Source: Tricharina praecox (lineage: Eukaryota). From it: 64,000 bases of DNA. Positions 1 to 11,400 of this stretch are shown piece by piece (position 1 is the first letter of the stretch; each line of letters starts with the position of its first letter). The notes beneath the pieces were generated by a model, which saw only the letters and a program-made list of their open reading frames with translations, had not been told where the DNA came from and made no database searches. The DNA is taken from contig NW_026250405.1 of the NCBI RefSeq assembly GCF_024521635.1, positions 248,001-312,000 of the forward strand, written 5' to 3'. The position numbers and the translations under genes were made by a program.

Positions 1-71
1 CGAGTAAGTCCCCGCACCCGTGATTTGATCCTGAAGCATAGAGTTGAGTGCTGATACAAAGCTTATTCCAG

Positions 72-1071
72 GCATGTAAAATATGATCACGGCAAGATCG
101 AGATTAGCAACAACCAGCAGTACATCGAGTGCTGGGAGAAGATTGCGGAGCTGAACTATGATAAGGAGTTCCACCAACAGTTCATTCAAATCCAGATACT
201 GGAACAGAGACAGAAAATGGTGCGGGAATGGTATCGTCGAAGTGACGAGATGAGGGAGAGGGATAGGTTGGAGCTGGAGGAGAAGAGGAAGGCTCTTTGT
301 GCTGAATCTGACTCTGATACGGCTGTCGAAGATGATGCTATGAGGGTTATTAATGCTGGAAAGTACCATTGGCCGCCGCTTTCCAGGAAGACCCTACTTG
401 CGATGCAAGAGAAGCGTTGTATGGTCAAATCCCGATTCACCACTGCCAATGTCAACAATGCGAATCGGACCGGGGAGCTTTCGAGCATCGGCAATGACAA
501 AAAAAGCGTGGATATTTCGAACAGCAGCGGCCCGGGCCAACCGAACCGGAAACCCGCAAGGTTATTACTTCACGCAGTCGAACTTGTCACAAAGAAGGCG
601 GTTACGTCCAGCGGTGATTATGAACTCCACGATCCCAGGCCGTCAACAAACTCGACTCTGGAGAGGAGGGCTAGCCGTGAGGATGAACTCCACAACCCCA
701 GGCCGTCGACGAACTCGACTCTGAAGAGGAGGGCTAGCGGAGACGATGAACTCCACGATCCCGGGCCATCGACGAACTCTACCCTGAAGAGGAGGGCTAG
801 CGATGACGATGAGCTACACAATCCCAGGCCGTCGACGAACTCGCCTCGGAAGAGGAGGGCTAGCGGTGAACTCAAGATTCAAGGTGGCAGCGACACTGAC
901 GGGTACGATACGGACGGAGATGGGGACGAGGAGGGTGAGGAAGCCGTGAGGTCGCACCGGCGAAGGTTGAATAATGGAAAAAACGGCGGAATGGTGGCGG
1001 AAAGGTGGCTGTCTGCAGTAGAGGGGATGGTGGAGACGGCCAATCTCTCGCTTAACGGCTTGAAGGCTTGA
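72..1071 (+). CDS. Terminal exon of a gene starting upstream of the window; hypothetical protein with a 20-aa tandem repeat and acidic tail
   Basis: GTAAGT donor at 4, CTGAT branch and CAG acceptor at 69-71; frame open from 73 (HVKYDHGKIEISNNQQYIECWEKIAEL...) into the 217..1071 ORF; AT-rich 3' region follows. Family not recognised. Confidence 0.65.
619..873 (+). repeat. Coding 60-bp tandem repeat, about 4.2 copies (ELH[DN]P[RG]PSTNSxxxRRASxxD)
   Basis: GAACTCCACGATCCC...GGAGGGCTAGC unit recurs every 60 nt. Confidence 0.95.
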
Positions 1072-1568
1072 CGGAACTCCAAGAGTATCCCCGTCAGCTG
1101 CTATGTGTCAAGGAGAGTAGAGGAGGGGGAAGATTCTTTTATGTTGGAAAGCAGTGGGTGGTGCAGTTGTTATACTGGTGCTGTTCTGAAAGGAGTTGCA
1201 ACTATAGTCTATTCCTCTTGAATGAATTGAATTGTTTTATTCTTCCTTTTTTTGTTCAATCAGCAATTGCTTGCAACCTAAGTAGACCATGGCAATATAT
1301 AATGAATGGATTGTGTTGAAACACTCGTACAGCGATTATCACTCGTAAGCGAGTGATACATTATGAGGCTTGCCGCTCGTGTAACGCACCCGGTAGCACA
1401 CAAACGGCATCCGCCTGCTTTCGTTTCACATAGGCAGCTCGTCTAATTCCCACTTTAAACCCTTGTTCACGTCATCTGCGGGAATCGCCCGCAACCCACG
1501 GCCCCTATAACACTACCACCCCCCCGCAAAAGCGCATATCGCATCTCAATCCTCAATTCACTTCCAAC

Positions 1569-2204
1569 ATGACGCCACCTACCGACGAAGAATCGAAACC
1601 TGCCTCCTCAACTTCATCAACAAGAACCATCACAGCAATCCCTCTCGAGGCGCCAGTGTCCCTGCCCCTCCGTCCTACCCTCCGCGAGCGCTACAACCAT
1701 CTCGTAACCCGGTTACTTCCACAGCCCTACTACCTCCATCCACTTCTCACCCGCTCCCGCCTCGCCATTGCTCTTCTCTCCTTCATTTTCCTCCTTCTGC
1801 TCCTGATAATCATCCTCCCCATCCTCCTCACCCACCGCTCATCCGCCAATGTTACCCTTCCAACCGGGGCAGAGACGTATTCTGGCGACGGCACGTACTA
1901 TGGCACCGGCCTTGGCGCATGCGGGATCGCCAGCAAAGACTCGCAGATGGTCGTCGCAATCGCCTGGGAGCTGTTCGATCACCTGGGTAAGGGCTCCGCT
2001 GGCGAGTTCAATCCCAACCTAAATCCCGTGTGTGGACGGAATATCCGGGCGCGGAGGGCGGGGCGCACGAAAGCCGTCGAGGTCACGGTTGTGGATCGAT
2101 GCACGGGATGCGAGCCGGAGGATTTGGATTTTAGTCCAACGGCGTTCAATGGCATTGCGGAGGAGTGGGAGGGCCGAGTGAGGATTGAGTGGGCGTGGGT
2201 TTAG
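1569..2204 (+). CDS. RlpA-like double-psi beta-barrel (expansin/loosenin, Asp f 7-like) protein with N-terminal membrane anchor
   Basis: GDGTYYGTGLGACG, NPNLNPVCGR, VTVVDRCTGC and DLDFSPTAF motifs; hydrophobic segment LAIALLSFIFLLLLLIIILPILL; TATAA about 60 nt upstream. Confidence 0.93.
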   Translation: MTPPTDEESKPASSTSSTRTITAIPLEAPVSLPLRPTLRERYNHLVTRLLPQPYYLHPLLTRSRLAIALLSFIFLLLLLIIILPILLTHRSSANVTLPTGAETYSGDGTYYGTGLGACGIASKDSQMVVAIAWELFDHLGKGSAGEFNPNLNPVCGRNIRARRAGRTKAVEVTVVDRCTGCEPEDLDFSPTAFNGIAEEWEGRVRIEWAWV

Positions 2205-3079
2205 TGGGGCTGGGGGGGGCTGCGGAGATGGTGGGGATACTCGGAGAGACGGGCTCTGCGCGGGATGCACGCTTCCTCGCATCGGTCGGCTGGATTCCGA
2301 GACCACTGCCCTGCTCTTACGACAATGCGTTCCGGATCGATCCCAGACTACGCATTCCACCATACTCTCCTTCTCCTCCTCACCCCGCAGCCAGCGTCGC
2401 GCCGTTTGGACTGAAGTCTTCGCCACTGCGTCGTCGTGCTATCAGGAAGTTTTGGTCGACTGGAGGTAATGGGTGCGAGCTATGAAAAAGCTCAAAGCCA
2501 CATGCCGCTGCTGCCGGGGATGACGTTTGAATGGGCATGGAGAATTGGTAGTGGCCATTGTGATGATTGCAGTCTATTTGTGTAAGGAGGACTAAATTGA
2601 GAGGACAACACAAACCGAGTGATCGACTGTTGAATATCTCGGATTCGTGATGTGTGCACAATGCCTTCTTTTCATGGCACGAACTCAAGTTGTAGTGAAA
2701 AAGCATCGGACACCCGTGCTCTCCACAGGTAGAGTGAAGGATGTATTCCCTATGTAGTACATAACTTGTGAGTTTCCGTGCGCTCCGCAATTTCCGTCCG
2801 AAGTCCAAAGTCCGGGGTCCTCCAAGCACATGGTGGTGCTAGTGAGATTTGCTCTGGGAAAAAGTACCTGGAAGCGAGACGGCGTCACGGTCCAGCAAGC
2901 GACTCTTCATCTTCTTTAGATGCTCGCTTATGAGCCCCTTCCAAGCGAGGCCTGTTGTGGTTACATAACCATTCGCTCGGACCAAACTCCACGATACCTA
3001 ACCGTGACGACAGTGGGGCCTCGACTACGGTGTGTATTGAGAGGCGCGAAGGAAGAGGCGGTTTGGCGGCCTTGGTGAG

Positions 3080-3200
3080 CACCGCAGAGGAGAGACCTTG
3101 TTGAGACCTGGTGGACCTATGTGTTATGGAGAGCAGATCTAGACCCGATGCGGTCGCTGAACGTTGAAATGTTTTCTGTTATTGGTTTTCTGTTCGTCTT
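3080..3200 (-). repeat. Dispersed relic, inverted copy of 14190-14305
   Basis: Shared AGAAAACATTTCAACGTTCA(G/A)CGACCGCATCGGGTCT...CTCCATAACAC...CCACCAGGTC...CAAGGTCTC. Confidence 0.8.
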
Positions 3201-4108
3201 GTCGGTCCATTTCTTGTTCAACACAACCACACAACTGACATCATCATCATAAACCTCTTTTCTAATTGGTCACGTTTTTTGATTACACACGTTCTTGGGT
3301 CTCTCAGTATTTACTTACTCTGCTACTACATACCGGGCCCATCATTGAGGCAGCAGCGCCACAACAACCGTCGCCACAGTCGAGGCCATCGTCCCTGCCG
3401 TGCTATCGCCCAACGCCCACGTCTGCGAGAACAAGGCACCGGAAACGGCACCCAAGCCAGCCAGATCCGATTCATTTCGATGCCCGTGGATCGTGGGCCT
3501 CACGTCAACCAGATCCCCCAGTCCGAACCCCCCCCCCCCCCCCCCCCCCCCCCACCCCCCCCTTCATTTGCTTGCTATGTGGAAAACGGAATCGGTAACT
3601 TCATGCACAGGCAGAAGGCCCGAGAATCCATTCAGGTTCAGTGAAACCGCTGCAGACTTGGTAATTCACGCTATCATACAATGATCAGCACTTCGTTACG
3701 GTTACCGGTAGCTCATCCACGGAACTGCTTGCACCTACGGTAGTTAAGCAGTAATATCGATGCTACAACTTCCACCTCCAACTACATATCAGGTAGGTAC
3801 CAGTCGAAAGAGTCCGGATTATGGTCCTTCGATTGTACGCAACTAACCTTCCTATGCCCACTGCGACATGCGGAATAGAAATACCAGCATCGTGTCGGGC
3901 GTAGAATGTCGGTCCGTACGTCTTATTTAAGCCCGCGTTTCTCTGGGACTCCCGTCTCTCTTCCTCCCACCACCAACCTCACCTACAAACACACGCAGAC
4001 CTCACCTAAAAATTCTTCTACAACGACTACAACTTCTTCTTCAACTTCTTCAACAACAACAACTCAAACCCAACCACCACTACCCACAAAAACACACAGC
4101 CAGGAAAC

Positions 4109-4312
4109 ATGTGCACCTGGAATCTCGTCACCTACGAGACGTGCGGCCACGTGATCCAATCCGGCTTCGACGGCTGTCTCTGCGTGAAGGCCATGGGGTA
4201 CGATCCTCCGCGCCCCTGCCTTTGGGAGCACGAAAATAAGTACATCAAGTCCAGGGAGAAGGGTTCTTGCCCGGGCTGTTCTGGGCAGATCCCCCTTGCT
4301 AGGGCGGGTTGA
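4109..4312 (+). CDS. 67-aa Cys/His-rich putative zinc-binding protein (MC-x9-CGH...C...C...CxxC)
   Basis: AAACATG context, TATA-like box near 3924, CA-rich leader; Cys/His pattern shared with the paralog at 5299. Confidence 0.8.
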   Translation: MCTWNLVTYETCGHVIQSGFDGCLCVKAMGYDPPRPCLWEHENKYIKSREKGSCPGCSGQIPLARAG

Positions 4313-5298
4313 CGGGTTGACGGGTTGGAGGTTGATATGGCGGGATGCTTTGATTTGCTTTGATTTGCTTTGATTTGCTTTGCTTTGATTTGCTTTGATT
4401 TAATTTGGATTTTGACATTTGGGAAATGCGAATTGGCGATTGGCGATTGGGAACTCTAGTGGTGTATCTTAAAGTATTCTAATCGATACTTGTCTTGCGA
4501 TATCAGTGCTGTTCCTGCCGTGATATCTCTCCGCCAAAGTAGCATCAAGCATGTACATAGTTACGTGTTTTGCGCTTCCCATCCGATACGATTTCCCGCA
4601 GAAACGGAAGCCGAATGGACCCTTAGAGAGTCTGTATATATCATATAGGGGTGAGCCGCATGGTGTTGAGAATGCGGTATGTCGCCCGGGGCCGGGATCC
4701 CATCCGTGGGCCATGGGCTTCACGTGAACCTGTTACCTAGTCCGCCAGTGCTCCACGTCCTGCACCCTGATTGCTATATCGAAAACCAGATTGGTGGAAA
4801 GGCATCCATTCGGGTTCGGTGAAACTGATGCGCATTGCGGACTTGGTATGTAATTCACGCTATCATGCAACGATCAGCACTTCGGTACGGATATCCCATC
4901 ATCAGAACTGCTTCTGAGTTGTAACTAGCATCCGTGCTACAATTTCCACCTTCAACTACTAGGCAGGTACCGCTCGAAAGAGTCTGGATTCTGGATTTTG
5001 GTCCTTCGATTGCACGCAACTAACCGTCCTTCTAACCCACTGTGACATGCGGAATAGAAATCCCAGCCGCGTTTCGGTCATAGAATGTCGATCATCGATG
5101 GGTACGTCTTATATAAGCCCGCAGTTCCCAGGCACTCTCGTCTCTTTTCCTCCCCCCATCAACCTCCTCTACCCACGCCGACTTCACCTACAATCTCTTC
5201 AACAATAACAACTCAACCCCACCACCATACCCAACCACCACACCCAACCACCACACCCAACCACTACACACATCCACCCACACATCCAGCGACGAACC

Positions 5299-5511
5299 AT
5301 GTGCACCTAGAACTCAATAACGCACACAGCGTGCGGCCACGTGGTCCATTCCGCCGCCGCCGGTTCGCACTGCGCGGTGGCGCTGAAGTACGATCCTCCG
5401 CGCGACTGCATGTGGGAGAACAGGTTGCGCAACATCACGTACGTCAAGTCGGAGAAAGAGGGGCCTTGCTTGAGTTGTATTGCGGGGATCAACTTTGGTG
5501 TGCCCGGTTGA
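5299..5511 (+). pseudogene. Paralog of 4109..4312 with in-frame TAG at codon 4 (Trp in the paralog); pseudogene or recoded gene
   Basis: ATG TGC ACC TAG AAC... reads MCT*NSITHTACGHVVHSAAAGSHCAVALKYDPPRDCMWENRLRNITYVKSEKEGPCLSCIAGINFGVPG; not in the ORF track. Confidence 0.85.
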
Positions 5512-6166
5512 CGGCTGGGGTTGGAGGTGGGTGCGGGTAAGGGTAAGGGTAAGGGATGCGTTGATTTGATTTGGGGGTTGGAGTTTGGCGTTTGGCGTTT
5601 GGAGTTTGGGAAATGCGGATTGCGGAGTGCGGAGTGCGGAGTGCGAATTGGCGATTGAGAACTCTGGTGGTGTACCGGCTGTCTTAGAGTGTTCCAATCG
5701 ATCTCACTGCGCAAGACCTAGCGGGAAGGGTGCATCGTGAGGAATTCCAAGACGATGCTAGTATTTTCTGGGAATCGCAACTGTGGTATTCGTCGATTCT
5801 TCGCTGGCCAATAGGCGATCATATGGTTTCCCGACGGCGGTGGCAAAGAGTAACGCGAGGAGATGAGACCGGATGCGCTGCAGGATCTGGAGGATCGTGG
5901 GACGGCAAAGACATCAATTGCATTAAACGACTTCTCGTATTATTGTCCCCTTCTGCTGCCCATCGATACTGGCTACAATTTCGTCCGAGCCCGAAAACGA
6001 GTATTGCCGGAAAGGTCTCACGGAAAGCCAACTCACGCCAGTGATCACAACATCAAGACACAAGATACATCATAAGCCAGTAGATAGTAGACTAAAATTA
6101 CACCCAAAACAGGAGGAAATACCCAAAAACATGTTATCAATACACTCATCTCCGCCACTCCCGCCT

Positions 6167-6915
6167 TCAAAACTCGACAGTACTAGTGACAGTAACCACC
6201 TTCACTGTCTCCGCCGTCACCACCAAAGCCGTCGCGGCTGGAGTTGCCGTTATGATGATGGATACGGTCGTAGTCCTGGGACACGCGATGGTAGTCGTTT
6301 TCTTTGCCGGCTGGTTCTTCCTGTAGATCGTAGTGATGGTAGGCGACGGCACCGTGACCGTTGTCGGCACCGTGGTCGACACAGTTGTGGAAGAAGCCGC
6401 CGGAGATGTGACGAGCCGGGAACAGGCCGAGGAGATAGCGACGGGGGGAGCGGGAGTGGGTTTGATGTTTGTGAAGATCCACGACGTGGAGGAGGTAGTC
6501 GTAGTTGTCGTCGAGGTCACTAGTTGAAACAATCGCTGTCAGCTCACGTCGGTCCGACGGACGGCAGGAGTGCATGAATAAAGGAAAACCAACCTATCGG
6601 CGCGGCCGCGACAACGGTCGACGTCCGTGTGAATGTGATCTCCTTCTCGAGTGTGACGGTGACCACGGCCGCGCCCGCCGGCGCATACACCGTCCCCGTG
6701 GTCAGCTGGGATTTGGTGACGGTCGAGTACTCGGTTTCTGTGCGCGTGTGTGTTTCCGGCCGGTATGAGAGGAACGCCGAGCAGTACTCGTGCTGCTCCT
6801 GCGTAAGCAGGACGCTGTACAGGTCCTCCGCTTGGCCGAGCGGCTTCTGCGCCGGAACGCTGGCGAGGACCGCCACCGCGAGGGAAAGGAACGTTAGTGT
6901 CGTGGGGAGAAGCAT
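6167..6915 (-). CDS. Secreted Ser/Thr-rich cell-surface protein, 2 exons (intron 6520-6593)
   Basis: Signal peptide MLLPTTLTFLSLAVAVLA; YCSAFL and ISSACS motifs; GTTGGT...CTGAC...TAG intron joins the two ORFs in frame; TATATA upstream near 7002. Confidence 0.85.
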
Positions 6916-8574
6916 GGTCGTGAAGAGTTGTAGAGTGTGTAGTTAGCGATGCGGTGTGGTGATGTGCGAGGCATCCATCCCCAGGCCGCCGGCGGGGCGA
7001 GATATATACTCTCCAAATCCTCCCCTCTCCTGACTCCTGAGTTGGCCCCCGCATCAGGCCCACAATGAATGCATCGTGAACTTCAAGCGGTGGAGATGAG
7101 AGCCAACAGACAATCCCTGCTGGTGTGCCGTCCCCTGCATCCGCACGGCCCAAAACCTTGTGCGAGTGCTGAAAACCGCGTGCGGGGAGCAGATCATCAT
7201 AGGGATTTGGCCCCGGCTTTGTGTCTCGTGTGTGACCAGCGCCGCTATGCTTGCTTCTTACCGCCAAGCCGACGCAAAAGAAGCGAAGGTTATCTTAACT
7301 CCTGACCGCGTGCGCATTGAAACGGGCTGGCGTGTGCCGCGAAGCTGCTCATTGGATCCTCATACAACCATTCTGGGCACATCCATCTCGGGTGCCCCTT
7401 AAAGCACCGCATCGCCCAGATGCGGGAATGAAGATGACGGAATTCCAGCTGCGGCACAGGCACAGGTACGAGGCGGCCCCTCGGAGGATTTGCGCACACA
7501 CAAGAGATTCTCCATCCTCAGTCGATATGCACATACAAGAGATTTTCCATCATCAGTCGATGTCAGGGTTTCTCGGGCTTGCTGACACGACACGACCCCA
7601 CGTTCGTTCAGGCTTCCAGCCATCAGCGCATAGGTGGTGCGGTCCTGTCAGAAGAGATACCGTGTCCTTTGGGCACGGGATATCGAGATCTTAGGGTGGC
7701 TACTGTGGCATGGTGACGTATGCGCAAGGAGACGTTTTTCATTATATTGAGAGGCACTGATGCATGCTGTTTGAGTATCTACTGAGTTTGGGCAGCCTCG
7801 TCCACCCGACTCACCGCCGCCGCGCCAAGCCCAAACCACAACGTTTTCCGGGCCATCTGTTGGAATTGAGAGAAGAACTTGACTTGATTGATGTAATTGA
7901 TACGAGAAAGATGATAAAGATGACTGCTCATGAAGGAAACGAGCTCGTGTAGACAACGAGGAAGCCGAGCCTCGGACAGAGGATGCGACGATAGCCGTCG
8001 CCGGACTCAGCTGGGGGCTTGAAGGCATAAAGATGCTGACTCTGGTGAGAAGCCACGACAATGCTAAGCAGCCACGAACGAGATGAGTGCAGTATGCGAA
8101 AGGACAGTGGAAAGTACATAGCAGTGACACCTGAACATGCAATAAGACACATAATATCCATGATTCCATCATGCGCCTTTCGACGAATGATTTGACATGA
8201 CGGTCACCCTCGACGGCAACTTACAATGGAGCAGCTTACAACGTAACCACTCGAAGCCCAGACCTAGGTGTATGATAGGTACATTGCAGCGGCAAATCAT
8301 TGACTCTATAGGATACCATGACCCGCCTCCCCCCTCTCCCTTCCTTCTTTTTGTAAAAATAATCACGACTTTTCTTCTTCGTCCATTCTCCCTTGTGCTA
8401 TTCATCCAGCACCTCATTTTTAGATTGATGTGTTTCAATCACCGATTCCCGGTGCTCGTTCCGGTAAAATCAGGAAAGCGATTAACGGGACCCATTGCTG
8501 CTGTTCTGCTTTTCACTGCTTGGGGTTGCTAGTCTCCTCATCACTCGTTAAATCCCACATTGCGGACCCCCGGT

Positions 8575-8960
8575 GGGGGAACGAAAGCTGACGAAACTTC
8601 AAACAGGACATCGTCCGATTCCCCCAGAGATCCTTCTCGCGCCGGATGGATCATGGATCGCCATGGCGAGTGGTGGTGGCGGCCTCGTTACAGTTCGTGA
8701 TCCGATTATCGAGGAGCCCGCTCGTCTGTCGAGCTGTCACTCTCAGGCAACTACTACCACTTCGTTCTATTTCTACCACACTAACCATTGACCAACGTTT
8801 TGGTGATGGTGGTAGTTGTGGTGGCGTACGACATAAGTCTTTTCTCAGTCACTCGGCGTTGTTTTGCTCAAGTTGTGTCTCGAACGCAACGGAGTCCCAT
8901 CGGGGATGATGATCTCACAAGTCCTGACGTGACTAATCCCATAAAGACGAAAACACAGTT
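8575..8960. repeat. Degenerate repeat, direct copy of ~11640-11900
   Basis: Shared GAAACTTCAAACAGGA, CCAGAGATCC, GGATGGATCATGGAT, GTGGCGTACGACA, TTTCTCAGTCA, TGTCTCGAACG, GACGAAAACACA. Confidence 0.85.
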
Positions 8961-9645
8961 TATGTAGGCCGGCACGAGACTGCTGAGAGGAGCCTCGGGA
9001 ACCCGGAGAATCATCGCCACCAGTGCCGTCTCTATCGAGTGGCGCGTCACGTTTTCTCGCTCGTTCCATCTGATGAGCAAGTTTTGGTGGGATCTGGCAG
9101 GACGCTCACCCCGGCTCCGACGATTCGTGTCACGTTTGCTCACTCGTTCCATCTAGATAGTAGAAAGAACCGGTGGACATTACTAATAGTGCAGTCAGCA
9201 GAAGACATCCCGTATGTACCAACATTACCGGTAGTATAGCCTCCGAGTATACTGTGGTATTTCTTGGGCGGGGCCAGTTAGGTGGGAGAGGTGGGAGAGG
9301 TGGGAGAGGTGGGAGAGGTGGGAGAGATGGGAGAGATGGGAGAGATGGGAGAGGCGGGTGAACGCCGAACATATGCACGGCCGGGCGGCGCCGTGGCGGC
9401 GAGATGTCGGAACTCGGTTTCATTATTCATGATTCCACACTCGACCGTTGGGTCAGATAATGGCGGTTTTGAAATTTTGAATACACACTAGATATTTCCT
9501 AGTCTCCCTCTGGCCTTTAGGCTCGCTGGAGAGTCGGAGACGGATATTTTGGATGGACGGGAGGTGTGCGGGAGATGAACGTAACCCACGTCTTCAATCG
9601 TCGTTCGGTACTCTACGTAGTACTTCGTAGCAGGCTCGGTACCTA

Positions 9646-10640
9646 CCGTATTATCTCACATGAGAGGTCTGGGTATATATGTCACTGTTATAGGTCTAAA
9701 GCGCGCATTAGCGCAGACTAGAGATCTTAGGGACTAGCGCAATATCAAAACGCGCCCTATGTGCTCGGAGAGAATTCTCGGGCTGTCCACAGAATCGATT
9801 CTATAGACTGATTTCCCCCCCCCAGAATCGATTGCAATATGTACAAATCTAACTAAAACTCGTCTGTTCGCCAAAATCGTACTCAACACCATCATCCTCA
9901 ATTCCACTGTTACCCTCACTGTCGGTAATTTGCGGGAAAGAAGTTACATGGCTACGCTGAGGTTTCCCTACCAGCCTGGCACTTCTCCGGGCTCCTACTG
10001 CTTGAAGGGCAGCTGGAGTTGAGGTTTGTGGTGCAGCCAGTGCTACGGCTAGTGGTGCGACCGGTGCTGCTGCTGGAGGAGCGGCCGGTGCTGCTGTTGG
10101 AGCGACCGGTGCTGCTGCTGGTGGAGCGGCCGGTGGTGCGGCTAGGTATTGGGTCCGAAGTGAGTCGACTGTTCGACTTCGTTTGGCTCTGGAAGGAATG
10201 ACGGCTGGAGGGGGGACCCAACGTGGGGCGACTGCGATGGGTTGTTTCCGGGGCCCTGGTGAAGGTTTGAACTTAACTGATGAACGCGTGAAAAGTGGCC
10301 TGGCCGGATCGGTAGATGGTTAGCTGTCAAGCTGTGAGAACAATGATGTGAGGGTTTCTACTGGCGGCGCTGAGTCCGATACTTGGTCGTTCATCATGGC
10401 GAATAGTTGCATTATTCTTCCGAGATGTGAGGAGGATAGTACTGTGTAGTTGACGATACTTCCAGCTACAGAGTCGTGTGTTCAGCTGTATGAACATACC
10501 TGCCAGCCCCTGAAGGCTGAACACCTGACGTTGCATAATTGCTCGGTGCGCTAACCATAGACGCCCTAGCTCACACTTACATGCACTAGTACCTATAATA
10601 TGAGTTTTTATAACCATACCTCTCATGTGAGATAATACGG
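9646..10640. mobile_element. Non-autonomous Tc1/mariner-superfamily (pogo/Tc2-like) TIR element, 995 bp, TA target duplication
   Basis: TA|CCGTATTATCTCACATGAGAGGT at 9646 and its exact reverse complement ending at 10640|TA; imperfect IR extends ~50 bp; no transposase ORF. Confidence 0.85.
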
Positions 10641-10642
10641 TA

Positions 10643-11400
10643 CCTTCCAAAAGACCCACGACCAAGTACGAGAAATGTTCCGGTGTGGATTTGTGAGTTC
10701 CGCACAGCCACGGGCAGCCAGCGCCGGAGGTAGGGAGGGGGGGAGGTGGGGGTTGTTCGGAAACAAGACCTCGCCCAGGTATCGAGCCGGACTGGGTTGA
10801 CAGCAGTATCATCCTCTCCCGTCTCGGTGTGTCTAATTAGGTTGGCTGGTATGGCAGCTTCAAACTGCACACACCTGCGCGTGGGAGGGCTTCGTGAGAG
10901 AGTAGCGCGTTTGTCGCTATTCCTCGCTGCGGAGATGTGTTCATCGGTGCTCACTCGGATGTCGAGTGACGCTGTTTGATGTCAAATGTCGACACCTTGC
11001 AATGTAGCGGTGTTTGCTGCGAAACAAAATTCTGAGTCGCGGCTAGTGCGCTAGAGGTGGTTTCTTGGAATTCCACCAGCTTAACCTATAAAACCCTCCT
11101 TTCCTCCCAACTCTTCCTCCCATTCTCCCTCCTCTCTCCACTCATTAACTTCTTCTCATTCTTTTCCGCCCAGCACTAATTTGTGATTCATGCCACTGAC
11201 TTAGAAATCCTCCTCCCCAAGTTATACGCGTATAACGTGGCTTACTACCCCCCCACGTTATACGCGGAGGTCGTCTTCCTTTCAGAGCAAAGGTCATATC
11301 TCCTGGCTATGCATGAGTGAGATGCAGGCGCCATTGGCCAAACGCTGTTGCTCTGGCCGCTGTGCGAGACAACGATATTTGACCCGTTTGTTGGTTGTGC
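10643..11400 (-). repeat. Inverted copy of the 41.9-44.4 kb repeat family, with an internal deletion
   Basis: Reverse complement matches 41870-42044, 42663-43095, 43950-43985 and 44281-44355. Confidence 0.92.

Larger units (their letters stand above)
3570..5710 (+). repeat. Tandem segmental duplication (unit A ~3570-4500, unit B ~4770-5710): promoter, small ORF and 3' UTR
   Basis: Colinear blocks in both units: GTAATTCACGCTATCAT, GATCAGCACTTCG, GGTCCTTCGATTG, GACATGCGGAATAGAAAT, GTACGTCTTAT(T/A)TAAGCCCGC, GAACTCT(A/G)GTGGTGTA. Confidence 0.93.

Noticed and set aside
7300..8500. Coding-like stretches here and at 48.3-49.6 kb and 62.9-63.5 kb
   Set aside because: Frequent stops, no recognisable motif and no coherent splice structure.
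8573..8791. WD40-like fragment (APDGSWIAMASG)
   Set aside because: Only one partial motif, and the frame is not kept in the sister copy at 11.7 kb.
9281..9357. RGG-box protein from (GGTGGGAGA)n
   Set aside because: 9-bp microsatellite with no gene context; G-quadruplex potential only.
11215..11240. Resemblance of TTATACGCGTATAA to the N15 protelomerase telO core
   Set aside because: The palindrome arises from two adjacent hairpin arms, the central spacing differs, and no protelomerase gene is present.
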